In this document: positions 39,564 through 50,470 of the stretch, in pieces | How positions within the stretch are numbered: position 1 is the stretch's first letter | Layout of the letters: each line of letters begins with the position of its first letter | Assembly (NCBI GenBank): GCA_043819555.1 | Contig: JBDREQ010000009.1 | Coordinates: forward strand, 99,006 to 163,005 | Length of the DNA stretch: 64,000 nucleotides | Source: Candidatus Zixiibacteriota bacterium | GTDB taxonomy: Bacteria > Zixibacteria > MSB-5A5 > GN15 > JAAZOE01 | Reading direction: 5' to 3' | Notes under the pieces: model-generated | Database searches by the model: none | Seen by the model: the letters and a program-made list of their open reading frames with translations, nothing else | What the model was told of the DNA's origin: nothing | Translations under genes and position numbers: made by a program

Positions 39564-41366
39564 TTAATTTCTCTCAATTTTAAGAGCGGCCAGAAAGGCT
39601 TCCTGCGGAATTTCGACTGAGCCGATCTGTTTCATCCGCTTTTTCCCTTCTTTTTGCTTTTCGAGGAGTTTGCGCTTGCGAGTAATATCGCCGCCATAAC
39701 ATTTGGCTGTTACGTTTTTGCGTAAAGCCCGAACGGTCGCCTTGGCGATAATCCGACTGCCAACCGATGCCTGAATTATAACTTCAAACATCTGCCGGGG
39801 AATCAGTGTCTGCAGTTTTTCGCATAAAGCCCGGCCATAATGAAAAGCCCGTTCCCGGTGGATAATGACCGACAAGGCGTCAACCGGATCGTTATTAACC
39901 AGAATATCGAGTTTAACCAGATTTGATACGCGGTAATGCGGGAGTGAATAATCAAATGAGGCATAACCGCGCGTGGAGGATTTTAATTTATCATGAAAAT
40001 CAAAAATTATCTCAGCAAGAGGGAATGAAAACGAGAGGTTGGCGCGAATCGTACTCAGATATTCGGTAGTTTTATATTCGCCTCGCCTGTCAGTAGCCAG
40101 TTTCATAATATTGCCTATGAATTCCGGGGGAGTTATTGTCTGGCTATCAACGTATGGTTCTTCGATCCGATCGATTTCGCCGGGCGGCGGCAGTTTTGAT
40201 GGAGAATCGACAATGATTTTGTCGCCGGTTTTAGTCCAGACATGGTACTCGACATTGGGGACGGTATTAATTATGTGGCTGTCGTATTCCCGGGCCAGCC
40301 GTTCGGTGATAATTTCCATGTGAAGCAATCCAAGAAAACCGCACCGAAAACCAAAACCAAGCGCGGCTGACGTTTCCGGAACATAATTAAGAGAGGCGTC
40401 ATTTAGTTTTAATTTTTCAAGGGCTTCGCGAAGCTGAGTATAATTCTCCGCGACGGCAGGGTATATCCCGGCAAATACCATCGGTTTAATTTCGACAAAA
40501 CCCGGTAGTGGTTTTTTGGCCGGATTTTTGGCATCAGTGATGGTATCCCCAACCTTTGTATCGGCCACGTTTTTTATCCCGGCGAAAAAATACCCTACCT
40601 GCCCGGTTTCCAGTATGCCAGTTGGGAAATAGTCCAGGCGGCGATAGCCGACTTCATCGACTTCAAATTGCTTACTATGATAAAAAAATCGAATTCGGGT
40701 TCCCTTCATCAGCATCCCGTCAATAACTTTTACATATCCGGCCGTGCCTCTATATGAATCATAAATCGAATCAAATATCATGGCTCTCAGGGGAGCATTG
40801 GGATTGCCCCGGGGGGGCGGTATTTGGGTTATAATAGCTTCCAGGAGGTCAGCGATTCCAATACCCTGCTTGGCGCTGCAGGCCAGTATTTCATCACGCG
40901 TACAACCAAGCAAATCAATAATCTCGTCGGCGACCTCTTCGGTTCGAGCCGATGGCAAATCTATTTTATTTATTACCGGAATAATCGAAAGGTCATTTTC
41001 TAAGGCCAGATAGAGATTGGAAACCGTCTGCGCCTCGATGCCCTGCGCGGCGTCGACAACTAATAATGCGCCCTCGCAGGCGGACAATGATCGGGATACT
41101 TCATAAGTAAAATCAACATGCCCGGGGGTATCAATTAAATTGAGATTATACAGATTTCCATCTTTGGCCTTGTAATCAAACCTGATCGCATGGGATTTGA
41201 TGGTGATACCGCGTTCCCGTTCAAGGTCCATATCATCCAGAGTCTGATTGGTCATCTGCCGGTCCCGCAAAGCTCCGGTTGCTTCCAGAAGCCGGTCGGC
41301 CAGGGTTGATTTTCCATGATCGATATGCGCGATTATGGAGAAATTTCTAATCCGATTTTGATCCAT
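39564..41366 (-). CDS. lepA: Translation elongation factor 4
   Basis: [42 protein letters not shown] and [25 protein letters not shown]. Confidence 0.98.
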   Translation of the reverse strand: MDQNRIRNFSIIAHIDHGKSTLADRLLEATGALRDRQMTNQTLDDMDLERERGITIKSHAIRFDYKAKDGNLYNLNLIDTPGHVDFTYEVSRSLSACEGALLVVDAAQGIEAQTVSNLYLALENDLSIIPVINKIDLPSARTEEVADEIIDLLGCTRDEILACSAKQGIGIADLLEAIITQIPPPRGNPNAPLRAMIFDSIYDSYRGTAGYVKVIDGMLMKGTRIRFFYHSKQFEVDEVGYRRLDYFPTGILETGQVGYFFAGIKNVADTKVGDTITDAKNPAKKPLPGFVEIKPMVFAGIYPAVAENYTQLREALEKLKLNDASLNYVPETSAALGFGFRCGFLGLLHMEIITERLAREYDSHIINTVPNVEYHVWTKTGDKIIVDSPSKLPPPGEIDRIEEPYVDSQTITPPEFIGNIMKLATDRRGEYKTTEYLSTIRANLSFSFPLAEIIFDFHDKLKSSTRGYASFDYSLPHYRVSNLVKLDILVNNDPVDALSVIIHRERAFHYGRALCEKLQTLIPRQMFEVIIQASVGSRIIAKATVRALRKNVTAKCYGGDITRKRKLLEKQKEGKKRMKQIGSVEIPQEAFLAALKIERN

Positions 41367-41531
41367 CAATAGTTCCAACAAAATTGCCAAATAAGGAAAG
41401 CCAATATATCATAAAGGCTTTGATTTGTCATTGCATTTCAGAATATTTATTGGCAGGCAGTTCCGATACTTTCTGGTTGATTGGGGCGGCAGTCTTTTAT
41501 TAATTGGGCTAAAACAATATTCGGAGGACAA

Positions 41532-43556
41532 ATGGATCAGACAAAAGATATATTTAGGCGGCGGTTGCCTGCGGCCTTTCTGGTATTTCTGGCAGCCCAG
41601 GTTTTTATTATGGGCTCATGCTCTGAACTTGAGCAAAAATATATTCGCCAGGATAAATTGTACAAAATTTCATTGATGGAAAATACCCGCGACGATATCA
41701 GGATTCCGACCGATAGCCTATATCTCGACGATCCCGATCCGGAAATCAGGGCACGCATGGCCCTGGCGTTAGGACGAATCGGTGGCGGTGTATATAATCA
41801 GAAGTTCATTGAGCATTTGCCCGATTCATCGGAAATCGCGGCCGAGGCAAAATTTTTCGCAGCTGGTCTCATCGGCGATTCATCTTTCTTTGATCCAATT
41901 TATAATCTGGCGATAAGCGGATCTCCCGCTCTGGAAGCGGCGGTAGAAGCTTTGGGCCGGGTGGCCGATTCGGTCAATTCCGAAAAAATTGCCGAATTTC
42001 TGGATCATTCGGATACGATGGTTGTTTATCAAGCGATGTTGGCCTTATTTCGAGCCGGGCAATGGAATTTCTCAGATAAGATGACCGAAATTGGCATGAC
42101 CAGCAACAATAGAAAAATCAAATATGGAGCTCTTTATGCCTTATCCCGTGGTAGTCGAGCCGAGGGTCGAAAGTACTTCAAAACCATGCTCTCCGATGCC
42201 GACGCGGAATACCGGATGCTTGCGTACGACGGATTAGGACGGTCAGGCGACACATCTTCGGTTTCACTAATTGCGACCGGCCTCAACGATGATGACCTCA
42301 GGGTGGCTGCGGCCGCAATGGGGGCTTTGCAGAATATTGGCAATCCGGGTGTCAAATTCATTTATTCGAAATTGGCCGACTTGCAGGATGAAAAACTGCT
42401 CAGTTTTGCCTTCGATATTCTCGGCAATTTCCCGGACGTTTCGGGCAAAAATAACCTTGGCGATAAGATTGAAAAAATACTCCGTACGGATAAGAGAGAG
42501 AATATTCAAGCCTCAGCCGCAAAGTCGCTTTTGAAAATCAAAGGCGCGGGAGCGTTATTCGTAATAGATGAAATCTTGACAAGTCCGACCGCGCATGAGA
42601 AAAAAAGCATTGCCGAGGGATTGGTTTCGATTCCCAAAGACGCCGCGATGGCTCGTCTGGCGAAGTTATTCAATGATGAAACGCCATCGGTACGCTTTAC
42701 CGCGCTGGCCAGCCTGGGCACGGTCGATTCATCCGGAACGGCCCAATATATTGAAACCGCTCTGAAAGACAGCGATTACGTGGTGCAGTTAAACGCGGTC
42801 GATATGGCGTCAAAACGCAAAATGTCGCAATTCATCCAGCCTATCGCCGAATTGTTTCTGAATAACCGCGCAACTCTGGATATCGACCTCAAATGGAGCA
42901 TTATCGAATGCTGGCGAGAATTCGACAATAATCCCCAATACGACAGCCTCATTATCTCCGTGCTGGAAGAGGGTAGCAACGACGAATCGTATTTTATCAG
43001 GATTAAGGCTTCGGATGTATTGTTTGAAAAATATAAAATCGATCGCCGCGGCGGCATCGCTTCATACAGTACGCTTCTTGAAAATAAAAACTACCGTGAT
43101 TTTTATGAACGCTATAAGCGGAATCCTCATGCCGTCATCTCAACCTCCAGGGGCGAAATAACAATTGAATTGCTGTATAAAGAAGCCCAGATGACAGTCA
43201 ATAATTTTATTGAGCTGGCCGAGAAAGGTTATTACGACAGCCTTGAATTTCACCGGGTCGTGCCTAATTTTGTTATTCAGGATGGATGTCCACGCCGCGA
43301 TGGATGGGGCGGGCCGGGCTACCTGATGCGATGCGAGTACAATCGCTTATCCTATAAGACAGGAATGTTCGGCATGGCTCACGCCGGAAAAGACACCGGC
43401 GGATCGCAATATTTCATCACTCTTTCGCCTCAACTCCGCCTTGATTCACGCTATACCCTGTTCGGACAGGTCGTATCGGGAATGGATATCGCTCAGCAAA
43501 TCGTGCGCGGCGATCGTATCAATTCTATACAAATAATTTACGACAGAGGTGAATGA
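41532..43556 (+). CDS. HEAT-repeat lipoprotein with C-terminal cyclophilin-type PPIase
   Basis: RBS GGAGG; lipobox MGSC; HEAT repeats; FHRVVPNFVIQDG, GMAHAGKDTGGSQYFIT and YTLFGQV. Confidence 0.88.
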   Translation: MDQTKDIFRRRLPAAFLVFLAAQVFIMGSCSELEQKYIRQDKLYKISLMENTRDDIRIPTDSLYLDDPDPEIRARMALALGRIGGGVYNQKFIEHLPDSSEIAAEAKFFAAGLIGDSSFFDPIYNLAISGSPALEAAVEALGRVADSVNSEKIAEFLDHSDTMVVYQAMLALFRAGQWNFSDKMTEIGMTSNNRKIKYGALYALSRGSRAEGRKYFKTMLSDADAEYRMLAYDGLGRSGDTSSVSLIATGLNDDDLRVAAAAMGALQNIGNPGVKFIYSKLADLQDEKLLSFAFDILGNFPDVSGKNNLGDKIEKILRTDKRENIQASAAKSLLKIKGAGALFVIDEILTSPTAHEKKSIAEGLVSIPKDAAMARLAKLFNDETPSVRFTALASLGTVDSSGTAQYIETALKDSDYVVQLNAVDMASKRKMSQFIQPIAELFLNNRATLDIDLKWSIIECWREFDNNPQYDSLIISVLEEGSNDESYFIRIKASDVLFEKYKIDRRGGIASYSTLLENKNYRDFYERYKRNPHAVISTSRGEITIELLYKEAQMTVNNFIELAEKGYYDSLEFHRVVPNFVIQDGCPRRDGWGGPGYLMRCEYNRLSYKTGMFGMAHAGKDTGGSQYFITLSPQLRLDSRYTLFGQVVSGMDIAQQIVRGDRINSIQIIYDRGE

Positions 43557-44326
43557 TGAAAACCCTTCCTTTTTTTGCATTAATGATTTTTTGTATATCA
43601 GCCGTAACACAGGCACAAGATTTTGACCTTGAGGATATAATTGACGGCATTTATCTGCGCGACAGCAGTATCCAGGCCGATATCAAAGATTTGACAATCA
43701 GCGTTGAAGCTTATTCCCGCAAGCTGTCGGGTGATGGCGATATCAAGGAAGAGGCTAAGTTTTTGAAAACCTATTATTTCAAAGATACTCTGTTCGCGGT
43801 TAAGTTTTTGGAATATTATAAGGACGGCGAAAAGCAATCTGATGAAGAACTCGCCAAACAGGAAAAAGAAGCCGTCAAAAAAATGAAAAAAGATAACTCC
43901 CGCGACGCGCAGGCCAATCCCATTGATCCTTTTTATCCCGAATTCCGTGCCAAATATCGATTTGATTTGATGGGAAATGAAAGCAAAAACGGATATGAGT
44001 GTTATCATATCTTCGCCGATTGCCGTGACGAAGATGAAAGGCTGATTGAGGGGGATTTTTGGTTTGAAATCGACAATTTGAATCTGGTCGAAACCGAGTT
44101 TAAGCCGTCAAAATTACCCGGACCTCTCAAACAACTCGATATGGTTCAGACGCGCAAACCGACCGAAACGGGGTACTGGCTGCCGGCGAGCTTTTACCTG
44201 CGCGGGCGAGGCAAAGTGATGATATTTATAAAATTCAATTTCGAGGCTGAGGAACTCTATTCCGATTACAAAATTAACACCGGTTTGACCGATGATATTT
44301 TTGGGGAGGACAATGATGAAGACTAA
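43553..44326 (+). CDS. Hypothetical secreted protein (LolA/MucB-like fold possible)
   Basis: Signal peptide; GDFWFEID, YWLP and YSDYKINTGLTDDIF. Confidence 0.6.
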   Translation: MMKTLPFFALMIFCISAVTQAQDFDLEDIIDGIYLRDSSIQADIKDLTISVEAYSRKLSGDGDIKEEAKFLKTYYFKDTLFAVKFLEYYKDGEKQSDEELAKQEKEAVKKMKKDNSRDAQANPIDPFYPEFRAKYRFDLMGNESKNGYECYHIFADCRDEDERLIEGDFWFEIDNLNLVETEFKPSKLPGPLKQLDMVQTRKPTETGYWLPASFYLRGRGKVMIFIKFNFEAEELYSDYKINTGLTDDIFGEDNDED

Positions 44327-44798
44327 AACTTATAAGATTCAAGTTGCCGCCGATGAGAACATGATTCTGGGGATGTCGCATTTCATCAAGACGGTTGAGG
44401 ATGTTTATGAGATAATGGTCGACAGCGCTCCATCGATAAAATTCGGAATCGCTTTTTGCGAAGCATCCGGCCCCTGCCTGATCCGAAGCGACGGCAATGA
44501 TCCCGATTTAATCGAGCGGGCGGAAAAATACGCCCACGATATCGGCGCCGGACATAGCTTTATTATTCTCATGAAAGACGGTTTTCCGATTAACGTCCTG
44601 CCCTCTTTGAAAGACTGCCGCGAAGTTTGCCGGATATTTTGCGCAACCGCCAATCCTGTTGAAGTAATAATCGCCGAGACCGAACAGGGCCGCGGAATTA
44701 TAGGCGTCATTGACGGTTTTTCTCCCAAAGGTATCGAAAGCGACGAAGACAAAAAAGCCCGGGTGGACTTCCTGCGAAAAATCGGCTATAAGAGGTAG
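44313..44798 (+). CDS. Adenosine-specific kinase family protein
   Basis: SHFIKTVED, FGIAFCEASG, GAGHSF, CRIFCATANP and GRGIIGVIDG. Confidence 0.88.
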   Translation: MMKTKTYKIQVAADENMILGMSHFIKTVEDVYEIMVDSAPSIKFGIAFCEASGPCLIRSDGNDPDLIERAEKYAHDIGAGHSFIILMKDGFPINVLPSLKDCREVCRIFCATANPVEVIIAETEQGRGIIGVIDGFSPKGIESDEDKKARVDFLRKIGYKR

Positions 44799-44883
44799 AG
44801 AGAAACGCGCTTGGATAATTACTTGCGAGAGATATGTCCGATCTGCGGTGGATTTGAAACACCAGAAGAGAGAATATATTATC

Positions 44884-45843
44884 ATGAGCAAAGAGGTAAA
44901 AAAATCATATCAGCTCTCAGGTAAAATTAATCCACTTTTTTATCTACTCCTGCCAATTATTTTAATGTTCACCCTAATTTTGAGTTTATTGGTTGGAGGA
45001 ATTCTTACGATTCTATCGCTCTGGTTATTATCGTACATTTATGCCCGTTTAGACATATTCAGATATTTCCTGGTATTTGTGCCAGAAATCGTTTTGTCGA
45101 TTCCCTTTGCAGTTACGGGGTATTTATGCGGGTTACTGGTTGATTATTCTTCTGTCATGGGCAAGAATCGAAACATGCCTTTGGCCACAACACTTGCTAT
45201 TATTTTTTGTGCCTTATGCGTTGCTATCGGTCTTTTTATCTTTTATCGTCCCGGGGGGATAATAGACAAATTTTATCTATTTGATACCTTTGTCTCTCAC
45301 AAAGTATATTTGCCGTTATTTGCATTTCTTGCGTTCCTGGCATCAATATTCTTCGCATGTCTAAGAGTAAATAATCTGAAGGACAAGCCCTTTTGCGAAG
45401 ACTGCAATTTGTGGCTGGAAAAGAAAAAAATGAGCCCCTCATTAAGGCTGGATCAATTGAAAAATCTCATTGAATTATCGAAAGAGGGACGTTTCAAAAA
45501 ATTAAATAAACTCATTATTAGCTGCCCAGACTCTGGCAGTTTCTGTAAAGCTGAATTTTTCAAATGTCCTAAGTGTACTACGGCATATTATGATGTGTAT
45601 AGCAAAAAATCGTCAAAATCTTTGGAATTGATTGTTTCATCTAAAGTTAATAAAGAGCATATTCAGGAATTCACCGAGGCATACTTCATTGACGATTCGC
45701 ACCAGAAAATAAAATCAATTGAAAGCGAAGACAGAGAATACGAGGAAAAGCGAAAAACAACATGGATATGCTCAAACTGCGGAGAAAAAGTAGAGGGGCA
45801 ATTTGGCACTTGTTGGAATTGCGGAGCAGATAGAATGAACTAA
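44884..45843 (+). CDS. Hypothetical membrane protein with zinc-ribbon motifs (AT-rich)
   Basis: Several TMs; FCEDC and CPKC; C-terminal WICSNCGE...CWNCG ribbon. Confidence 0.7.
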   Translation: MSKEVKKSYQLSGKINPLFYLLLPIILMFTLILSLLVGGILTILSLWLLSYIYARLDIFRYFLVFVPEIVLSIPFAVTGYLCGLLVDYSSVMGKNRNMPLATTLAIIFCALCVAIGLFIFYRPGGIIDKFYLFDTFVSHKVYLPLFAFLAFLASIFFACLRVNNLKDKPFCEDCNLWLEKKKMSPSLRLDQLKNLIELSKEGRFKKLNKLIISCPDSGSFCKAEFFKCPKCTTAYYDVYSKKSSKSLELIVSSKVNKEHIQEFTEAYFIDDSHQKIKSIESEDREYEEKRKTTWICSNCGEKVEGQFGTCWNCGADRMN

Positions 45844-46008
45844 ATCAAATTTTCGTTTAATGGTCCTTCCGGACCGGTAACCCATCTCAACTTGAAGGAA
45901 ATGATCTTACAAAAAGCCTTTTACATTTTCCCCATCAAAATCATACATTTTCTAAAATCATCCGCATTTGTAAGATGAAAATGCAAGCAATATTATGCGT
46001 ACTAGCTG

Positions 46009-46075
46009 GGGCTCGTCGCGACGAGCCCGCGGTCGGAATAATATCATTTTCGGGTCGCTCGCGAGCGACCCTTAC
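46009..46075. repeat. Two perfect 20-bp palindromes (REP-like)
   Basis: GGGCTCGTCGCGACGAGCCC (46009-46028) and GGGTCGCTCGCGAGCGACCC (46052-46071), the second followed by TTAC. Confidence 0.7.
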
Positions 46076-46093
46076 AGGAAATTGCATTTCTTC

Positions 46094-46148
46094 TGTCATT
46101 CCCGAGAGCGAAGCCCCGTCAGGGGCGAATCGAGTCGGGAATCCAGAC
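46094..46148. repeat. Second copy of the TGTCATTCCCG...GGGAATCCAGAC element
   Basis: 49/55 identical to 26072-26126. Confidence 0.8.
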
Positions 46149-46193
46149 AGCGTTTTCCTTTGAATATTAACGCCCATTAAGTATAAATATGTT

Positions 46194-46466
46194 ATGGAAG
46201 GCTTATTAAATTATTTAATCATCGCTTGCGGATTTATTCTCCCTGCCGGTGTGTTTGCTCTTATTGGTTATATTATCTATCGCCGCCTCCGAGGCAAAAG
46301 CACCCATACCGCCGGGACGAGTTTTGTCGGTGAGAATATTTTTATGAATATGGGGCAGGAAAATCAAAAATCTGCTATGGAAGAGGTTCAATACATCCGC
46401 GAAGACAAGCGCGACGACGCCGATTCCGGCGACCCACCCAAACCGGGTGAGGGCAAGCGCTTTTAA
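46194..46466 (+). CDS. Small single-TM hypothetical protein
   Basis: N-terminal TM helix and acidic tail (DDADSGDPPKPG). Confidence 0.6.
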   Translation: MEGLLNYLIIACGFILPAGVFALIGYIIYRRLRGKSTHTAGTSFVGENIFMNMGQENQKSAMEEVQYIREDKRDDADSGDPPKPGEGKRF

Positions 46467-46477
46467 TTTATTTATCC

Positions 46478-47095
46478 CTATTTATATTTAATATCACTAA
46501 AACTCAATTTTTGAGTGTGTGATAGATATAAAATCTTGGCCGAAGAATGATATTCTTTATCGCCTTCGCCCAACACGCCAGAATATGTACACTTTATTTC
46601 AAAGATACATGTATCATCTGGCCGCATAATGTTCTCGTATATCTCCTCTATAATTCCAACATAAAAGTTAACGGGTGTCGACGATATATTAGTTTCTATT
46701 GGAGTAAATGTTGAATCCATCAAAATGTTATTTACAAATATCTTACCCACGAACATGACTTTGGTAGCTGGAATATCTGTAGCATTGTGAAGTCTAACCT
46801 TCAAGGAATGAGGATATAAATATTTTTGGCCTGATTGCCATGAGCCAGCCAAATTTGCTTCTTGAATATAAACATATGGCCGATTACGAATTTTAAATTC
46901 TTGGGATTGCAATTCAACTGATTTAGATTGCGTTTCAATTGATTTAGCTGTCAAAGATACTGCCTGATATGATTGATATACAGCAAATGTTGATGTCATT
47001 AATGCAAGTAATATACCAATGATTTCATATAAGGATATCCATTTCCCCAAATGGACAAGAATTTTACAGTTTTCTTCTTTTTCATCTTTAGTCAT
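46478..47095 (-). CDS. Hypothetical single-TM protein (AT-rich)
   Basis: TM helix, coiled segment, RNRPYV and LHNATDIPA. ATG overlaps the ompA stop. Confidence 0.6.
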   Translation of the reverse strand: MTKDEKEENCKILVHLGKWISLYEIIGILLALMTSTFAVYQSYQAVSLTAKSIETQSKSVELQSQEFKIRNRPYVYIQEANLAGSWQSGQKYLYPHSLKVRLHNATDIPATKVMFVGKIFVNNILMDSTFTPIETNISSTPVNFYVGIIEEIYENIMRPDDTCIFEIKCTYSGVLGEGDKEYHSSAKILYLSHTQKLSFSDIKYK

Positions 47096-48555
47096 TTTTC
47101 AAACACCAGTTCAATCCGGCGGTTTTTGGCGCGACCATCGGCGGTATCATTCGATGCGATAAAATTGGTTTCCCCGCGACCGCGGGCTGTCATCCGCTCG
47201 GCGGCAATGCCCTGTGTCGACAGCCAGTCACGCATCCGATTGGCGCGCCGCTCAGATACTGTTTGATTGGCATCCGACGGACCGACGTTATCGGTATAAC
47301 CGTTGATGGTGATTTTGATATGAGACAGTATTTTCAATTTCCGGATCAGCGGTTGCAGCCTTTGTTTAGTCCGCGCGTCAACCTCAAACGATCCCGGCAA
47401 ATAATCAACATTGACGATATATGGCTGTAACAGGAAACTGATATCGATACACCCCCGCTCATCGACTTCAATACCGTCTTCGGTGTTGGGACAATCATCA
47501 ATGCCGTCATAGACACCGTCGCCGTCGCTGTCAGTCGGACAACCCGATTCATCAACCAGCGCGCCGACCGGGCCGTCGGTGCACTTGTCTTTGTAATCGG
47601 GTACGCCGTCATAATCGGAATCGATCGGACATCCGAAAATATCAACATACCCATAAGCCAGCCGGGGCGTGCGCGGGCAATCATCGAGCCCGTCAAAAAC
47701 TCCGTCGCCGTCCGAATCATTCGGGCAACCGTTGTCGTTGATATATGCTCCCCGCGGGGTATCAGGACATTTGTCATCGCCGTCATTGATGCCGTCGCCA
47801 TCGCTGTCCAGTTCGACCGGTTCGGGTCTCCCTGCATCATCCTGCATTTTCCAGCTTTCAGTCGATGGCCAGGCAATCAACGGCATAACTTCTTTGCGCT
47901 TTTCGGTTCCGAACAGATAGGCCACCGCCAGAGTAAACCGCATCTCGGTGCGGGGACGAATATTATTTGTGGTTTCACTAAACGAGGTCCCAATGCCGGT
48001 CAGGTAATCCATCGTCGTTTTCAGATGAAAATACCAGCGAGGCGACGCTTTCATCTCCAAACCGACCGAACTCGAGATAAACATTTCGGCGGCATTAAAA
48101 TCAACTGTGTTGTTTTTATCGTCGGTAACTTTGACTGTCGTATCGGCCACCGGATCGGTGACGTTATAAATAATGTATCCCAGTCCCGCTCCGAGAGTAG
48201 GTCGCAATTTTCCTTCAGTTTTCAAACGCAAATCGGTGTCAAACCCGAGGCGCAATGTTTTGAAAAGAGAACTGGCTTTTTTTTGATCGCTGAAGAACTT
48301 AAAACTCCCCGACGCTAAGCTATCGGAATAGTTCCTATGCGTTAGAAGCGAGAAGTTGAGCATAAAACGATTGCCATTTAGGCCGGCAATAAAACCCCAG
48401 GCGTGATTAAAAGTATAATATGGTTTTTCGGAGGCTTTGATATTACTTAGGCCATAGATCGGCCCAAACCTGTACTTCGGTTTGAATTCAGCGCCATACA
48501 CCGCCGTAGCGATACATATATATATTATAAACAGGCATGTAGTTATCTTTCGCAT
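47092..48555 (-). CDS. OmpA family protein with beta-barrel and thrombospondin type-3 Ca-binding repeats
   Basis: Signal peptide; four DSDGDG..D..DxCP repeats; GYTDNVG..NQTVSERRA and GRAKNRRIE. Confidence 0.92.
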   Translation of the reverse strand: MRKITTCLFIIYICIATAVYGAEFKPKYRFGPIYGLSNIKASEKPYYTFNHAWGFIAGLNGNRFMLNFSLLTHRNYSDSLASGSFKFFSDQKKASSLFKTLRLGFDTDLRLKTEGKLRPTLGAGLGYIIYNVTDPVADTTVKVTDDKNNTVDFNAAEMFISSSVGLEMKASPRWYFHLKTTMDYLTGIGTSFSETTNNIRPRTEMRFTLAVAYLFGTEKRKEVMPLIAWPSTESWKMQDDAGRPEPVELDSDGDGINDGDDKCPDTPRGAYINDNGCPNDSDGDGVFDGLDDCPRTPRLAYGYVDIFGCPIDSDYDGVPDYKDKCTDGPVGALVDESGCPTDSDGDGVYDGIDDCPNTEDGIEVDERGCIDISFLLQPYIVNVDYLPGSFEVDARTKQRLQPLIRKLKILSHIKITINGYTDNVGPSDANQTVSERRANRMRDWLSTQGIAAERMTARGRGETNFIASNDTADGRAKNRRIELVFEK

Positions 48556-48608
48556 CGTTATAGTGTGAGAAATCGGCGAAGCAAAATCAATTAAAAACTA
48601 TTGCAGGA

Positions 48609-50468
48609 TTACCAGCGGGAAATTTCGAGAGGGATCGTCAGTCCTTCCAATTGAGATGCGGCCGCAGCATCCACGAGCCAGAGAACATTGCCATGATTTG
48701 GATTGACACGAGCAGCCGGAACAGTTTGGGATTTATCGGGAAAATATACCGAATGCAAAGCGCCGGCTTTATTCTCACCGTGAGCGACAAAAAATATATT
48801 AGCGGCGCTGTTAATCAGATGGATACTGAAGCTGAATCTTAGTTGATCGAGTTTACGAACGAAATCGTAGATTACAAGCAGATTGGGATCAATTTTGGCA
48901 AAGTCAAAATCAGGAAATAAAGACGCCGTATGACCATCCTCGCCCAGTCCCAGAAATATCAAATCAAATCGGGGTTTCCCTTGTCGATCACGAGGCAAAT
49001 GTGATTTTATGATTTCGTCGTATTTATTGCAAACTTCTTTATGGGTTGGATTCTCTCCTTCGATACGAAAAACATTTTCATCCGGTATGTCCAACGGCTC
49101 AAAAAGAAAATCATGGGCGAGTTTATAATTGGAATCAGCATGCTCCGGTCCCACGGGTCGTTCATCTCCGAAAAAGAAAAATACATTTTCCCAGGCAACA
49201 GCACGGGCGTAAGGCGATTTGACCATTTCACGGTAAATTGCTTTGGGTGTGGATCCTCCCGATAACGCGACAAAAAAATGATCCTTGAATGCCAGGGCGC
49301 GAATCGCCAGACTATAAAAGAGCCGGGCCGCGATTCGAGCCAATCTATCAGAATCATCAATGACAATCATTGATCTGCGACCGGCAATGCCTTTTGATAA
49401 ATTATGCAACCTGGCGGCAGCTTTATATGAAACGGCATAAGATGAGCGAAGTCGATCCTTGCTGCTTTGCTCGAAGACAAAGGCGTTTTTATCGAATGGT
49501 TTTTCATTTATGAAAATATCTTTGAAGCTGCCAATTCTTACTTCAGTTGTGCTTTCTGAACCTGAAAATGAAACTATTTCCGTATCGGTTCCAAAATCGA
49601 AATCAATCGACAGATCACCGGCTTCTTCTGATTCTTCTGAGGAAGAAATAAATCCCAATCGCAACGACCGGCCTTTTTTATCAATAGCTTGAAAAGTGTT
49701 TACATTTTGGGTTTCAATTTCAAGTTCCAGCGAAGAAATAACCCATCCGGCGAGAAGCAACGCCGTCGAGGGAAGGACTTCGGGGCGCCCTTTGTAGGAA
49801 ATCGTAATTTGCCGAATTTGATCAAGAAGGAGAAGACGATCGGGTTTGTCAAAATAATCTCGGATCGCTTCTCGTAAATTATCTATTCGGGTCCAGTCAA
49901 ATCCGTAAATATATTTACGGGCGAATGCTCCCGGAGGCGGCAACAGTAGTTCAAAATTGTTTTGGCTATCGACAAAAATATAATCGGCCAATTGATATGT
50001 TTTGCGACGCAAATCGACGCGCCGTTTTAATCCGAATAAATCGACCATATAAACCGGAATGTCACCCCCGATTAGCAGAGAACGTATCACCGCCACAATA
50101 TCTGAAAGCCTTTCAGGGCCGGTTTCAACTGTTATTTTTTCCCAGCACAAATAATCACGCATGCCGTCGGTAAGATTGCATGATGCTGAAATATACGCCT
50201 CCGGCTCCGCTTTTCTCTCTTTATCAATAGCGATGAGAATGACTCTCGAGGGGGTTCGGGATTCAAAGTGTTGAATTATGTCTTCGGCATCATTCCTGTT
50301 ATCCCGGTGACAAAATAGAATCAAGTTGGACAGGGCGATTTTTTGAATTCTATCCCGATCGTCGGCTTCTTTCAGAGACAGCCGCCACTGTTTTGATAAT
50401 TCGCGTTCAATAATTTCGGCATCAAGAGGTAATACTGGGTTTATTTTATCCGAGCTCACGCCGTTCAT
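48609..50468 (-). CDS. pgl: OpcA (G6PDH assembly protein)-6-phosphogluconolactonase fusion
   Basis: N-terminus is OpcA-like (IERELSKQW, PSRVIL, CWEKI, SLLIGGDIPV, WTRI..LREAI...FD, LLLAGW). C-terminus is Pgl (ALSGGSTP, FGDERPV...SNY, LGLGEDGHTASLFP). Confidence 0.85.
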   Translation of the reverse strand: MNGVSSDKINPVLPLDAEIIERELSKQWRLSLKEADDRDRIQKIALSNLILFCHRDNRNDAEDIIQHFESRTPSRVILIAIDKERKAEPEAYISASCNLTDGMRDYLCWEKITVETGPERLSDIVAVIRSLLIGGDIPVYMVDLFGLKRRVDLRRKTYQLADYIFVDSQNNFELLLPPPGAFARKYIYGFDWTRIDNLREAIRDYFDKPDRLLLLDQIRQITISYKGRPEVLPSTALLLAGWVISSLELEIETQNVNTFQAIDKKGRSLRLGFISSSEESEEAGDLSIDFDFGTDTEIVSFSGSESTTEVRIGSFKDIFINEKPFDKNAFVFEQSSKDRLRSSYAVSYKAAARLHNLSKGIAGRRSMIVIDDSDRLARIAARLFYSLAIRALAFKDHFFVALSGGSTPKAIYREMVKSPYARAVAWENVFFFFGDERPVGPEHADSNYKLAHDFLFEPLDIPDENVFRIEGENPTHKEVCNKYDEIIKSHLPRDRQGKPRFDLIFLGLGEDGHTASLFPDFDFAKIDPNLLVIYDFVRKLDQLRFSFSIHLINSAANIFFVAHGENKAGALHSVYFPDKSQTVPAARVNPNHGNVLWLVDAAAASQLEGLTIPLEISRW

Positions 50469-50470
50469 AA

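Noticed and set aside
45941..46180. Short ORFs over 45941-46180 and 25822-26218 sharing peptide similarity (CHSRERSPVR)
   Set aside because: The similarity comes from the 55-bp DNA repeat; these are translations of repeats, not genes.
47480..47810. Repeated GCCGTCGCCGTC/ATCGGA-like DNA units
   Set aside because: They encode the thrombospondin type-3 repeats of the OmpA protein and are not a CRISPR or DNA repeat array.
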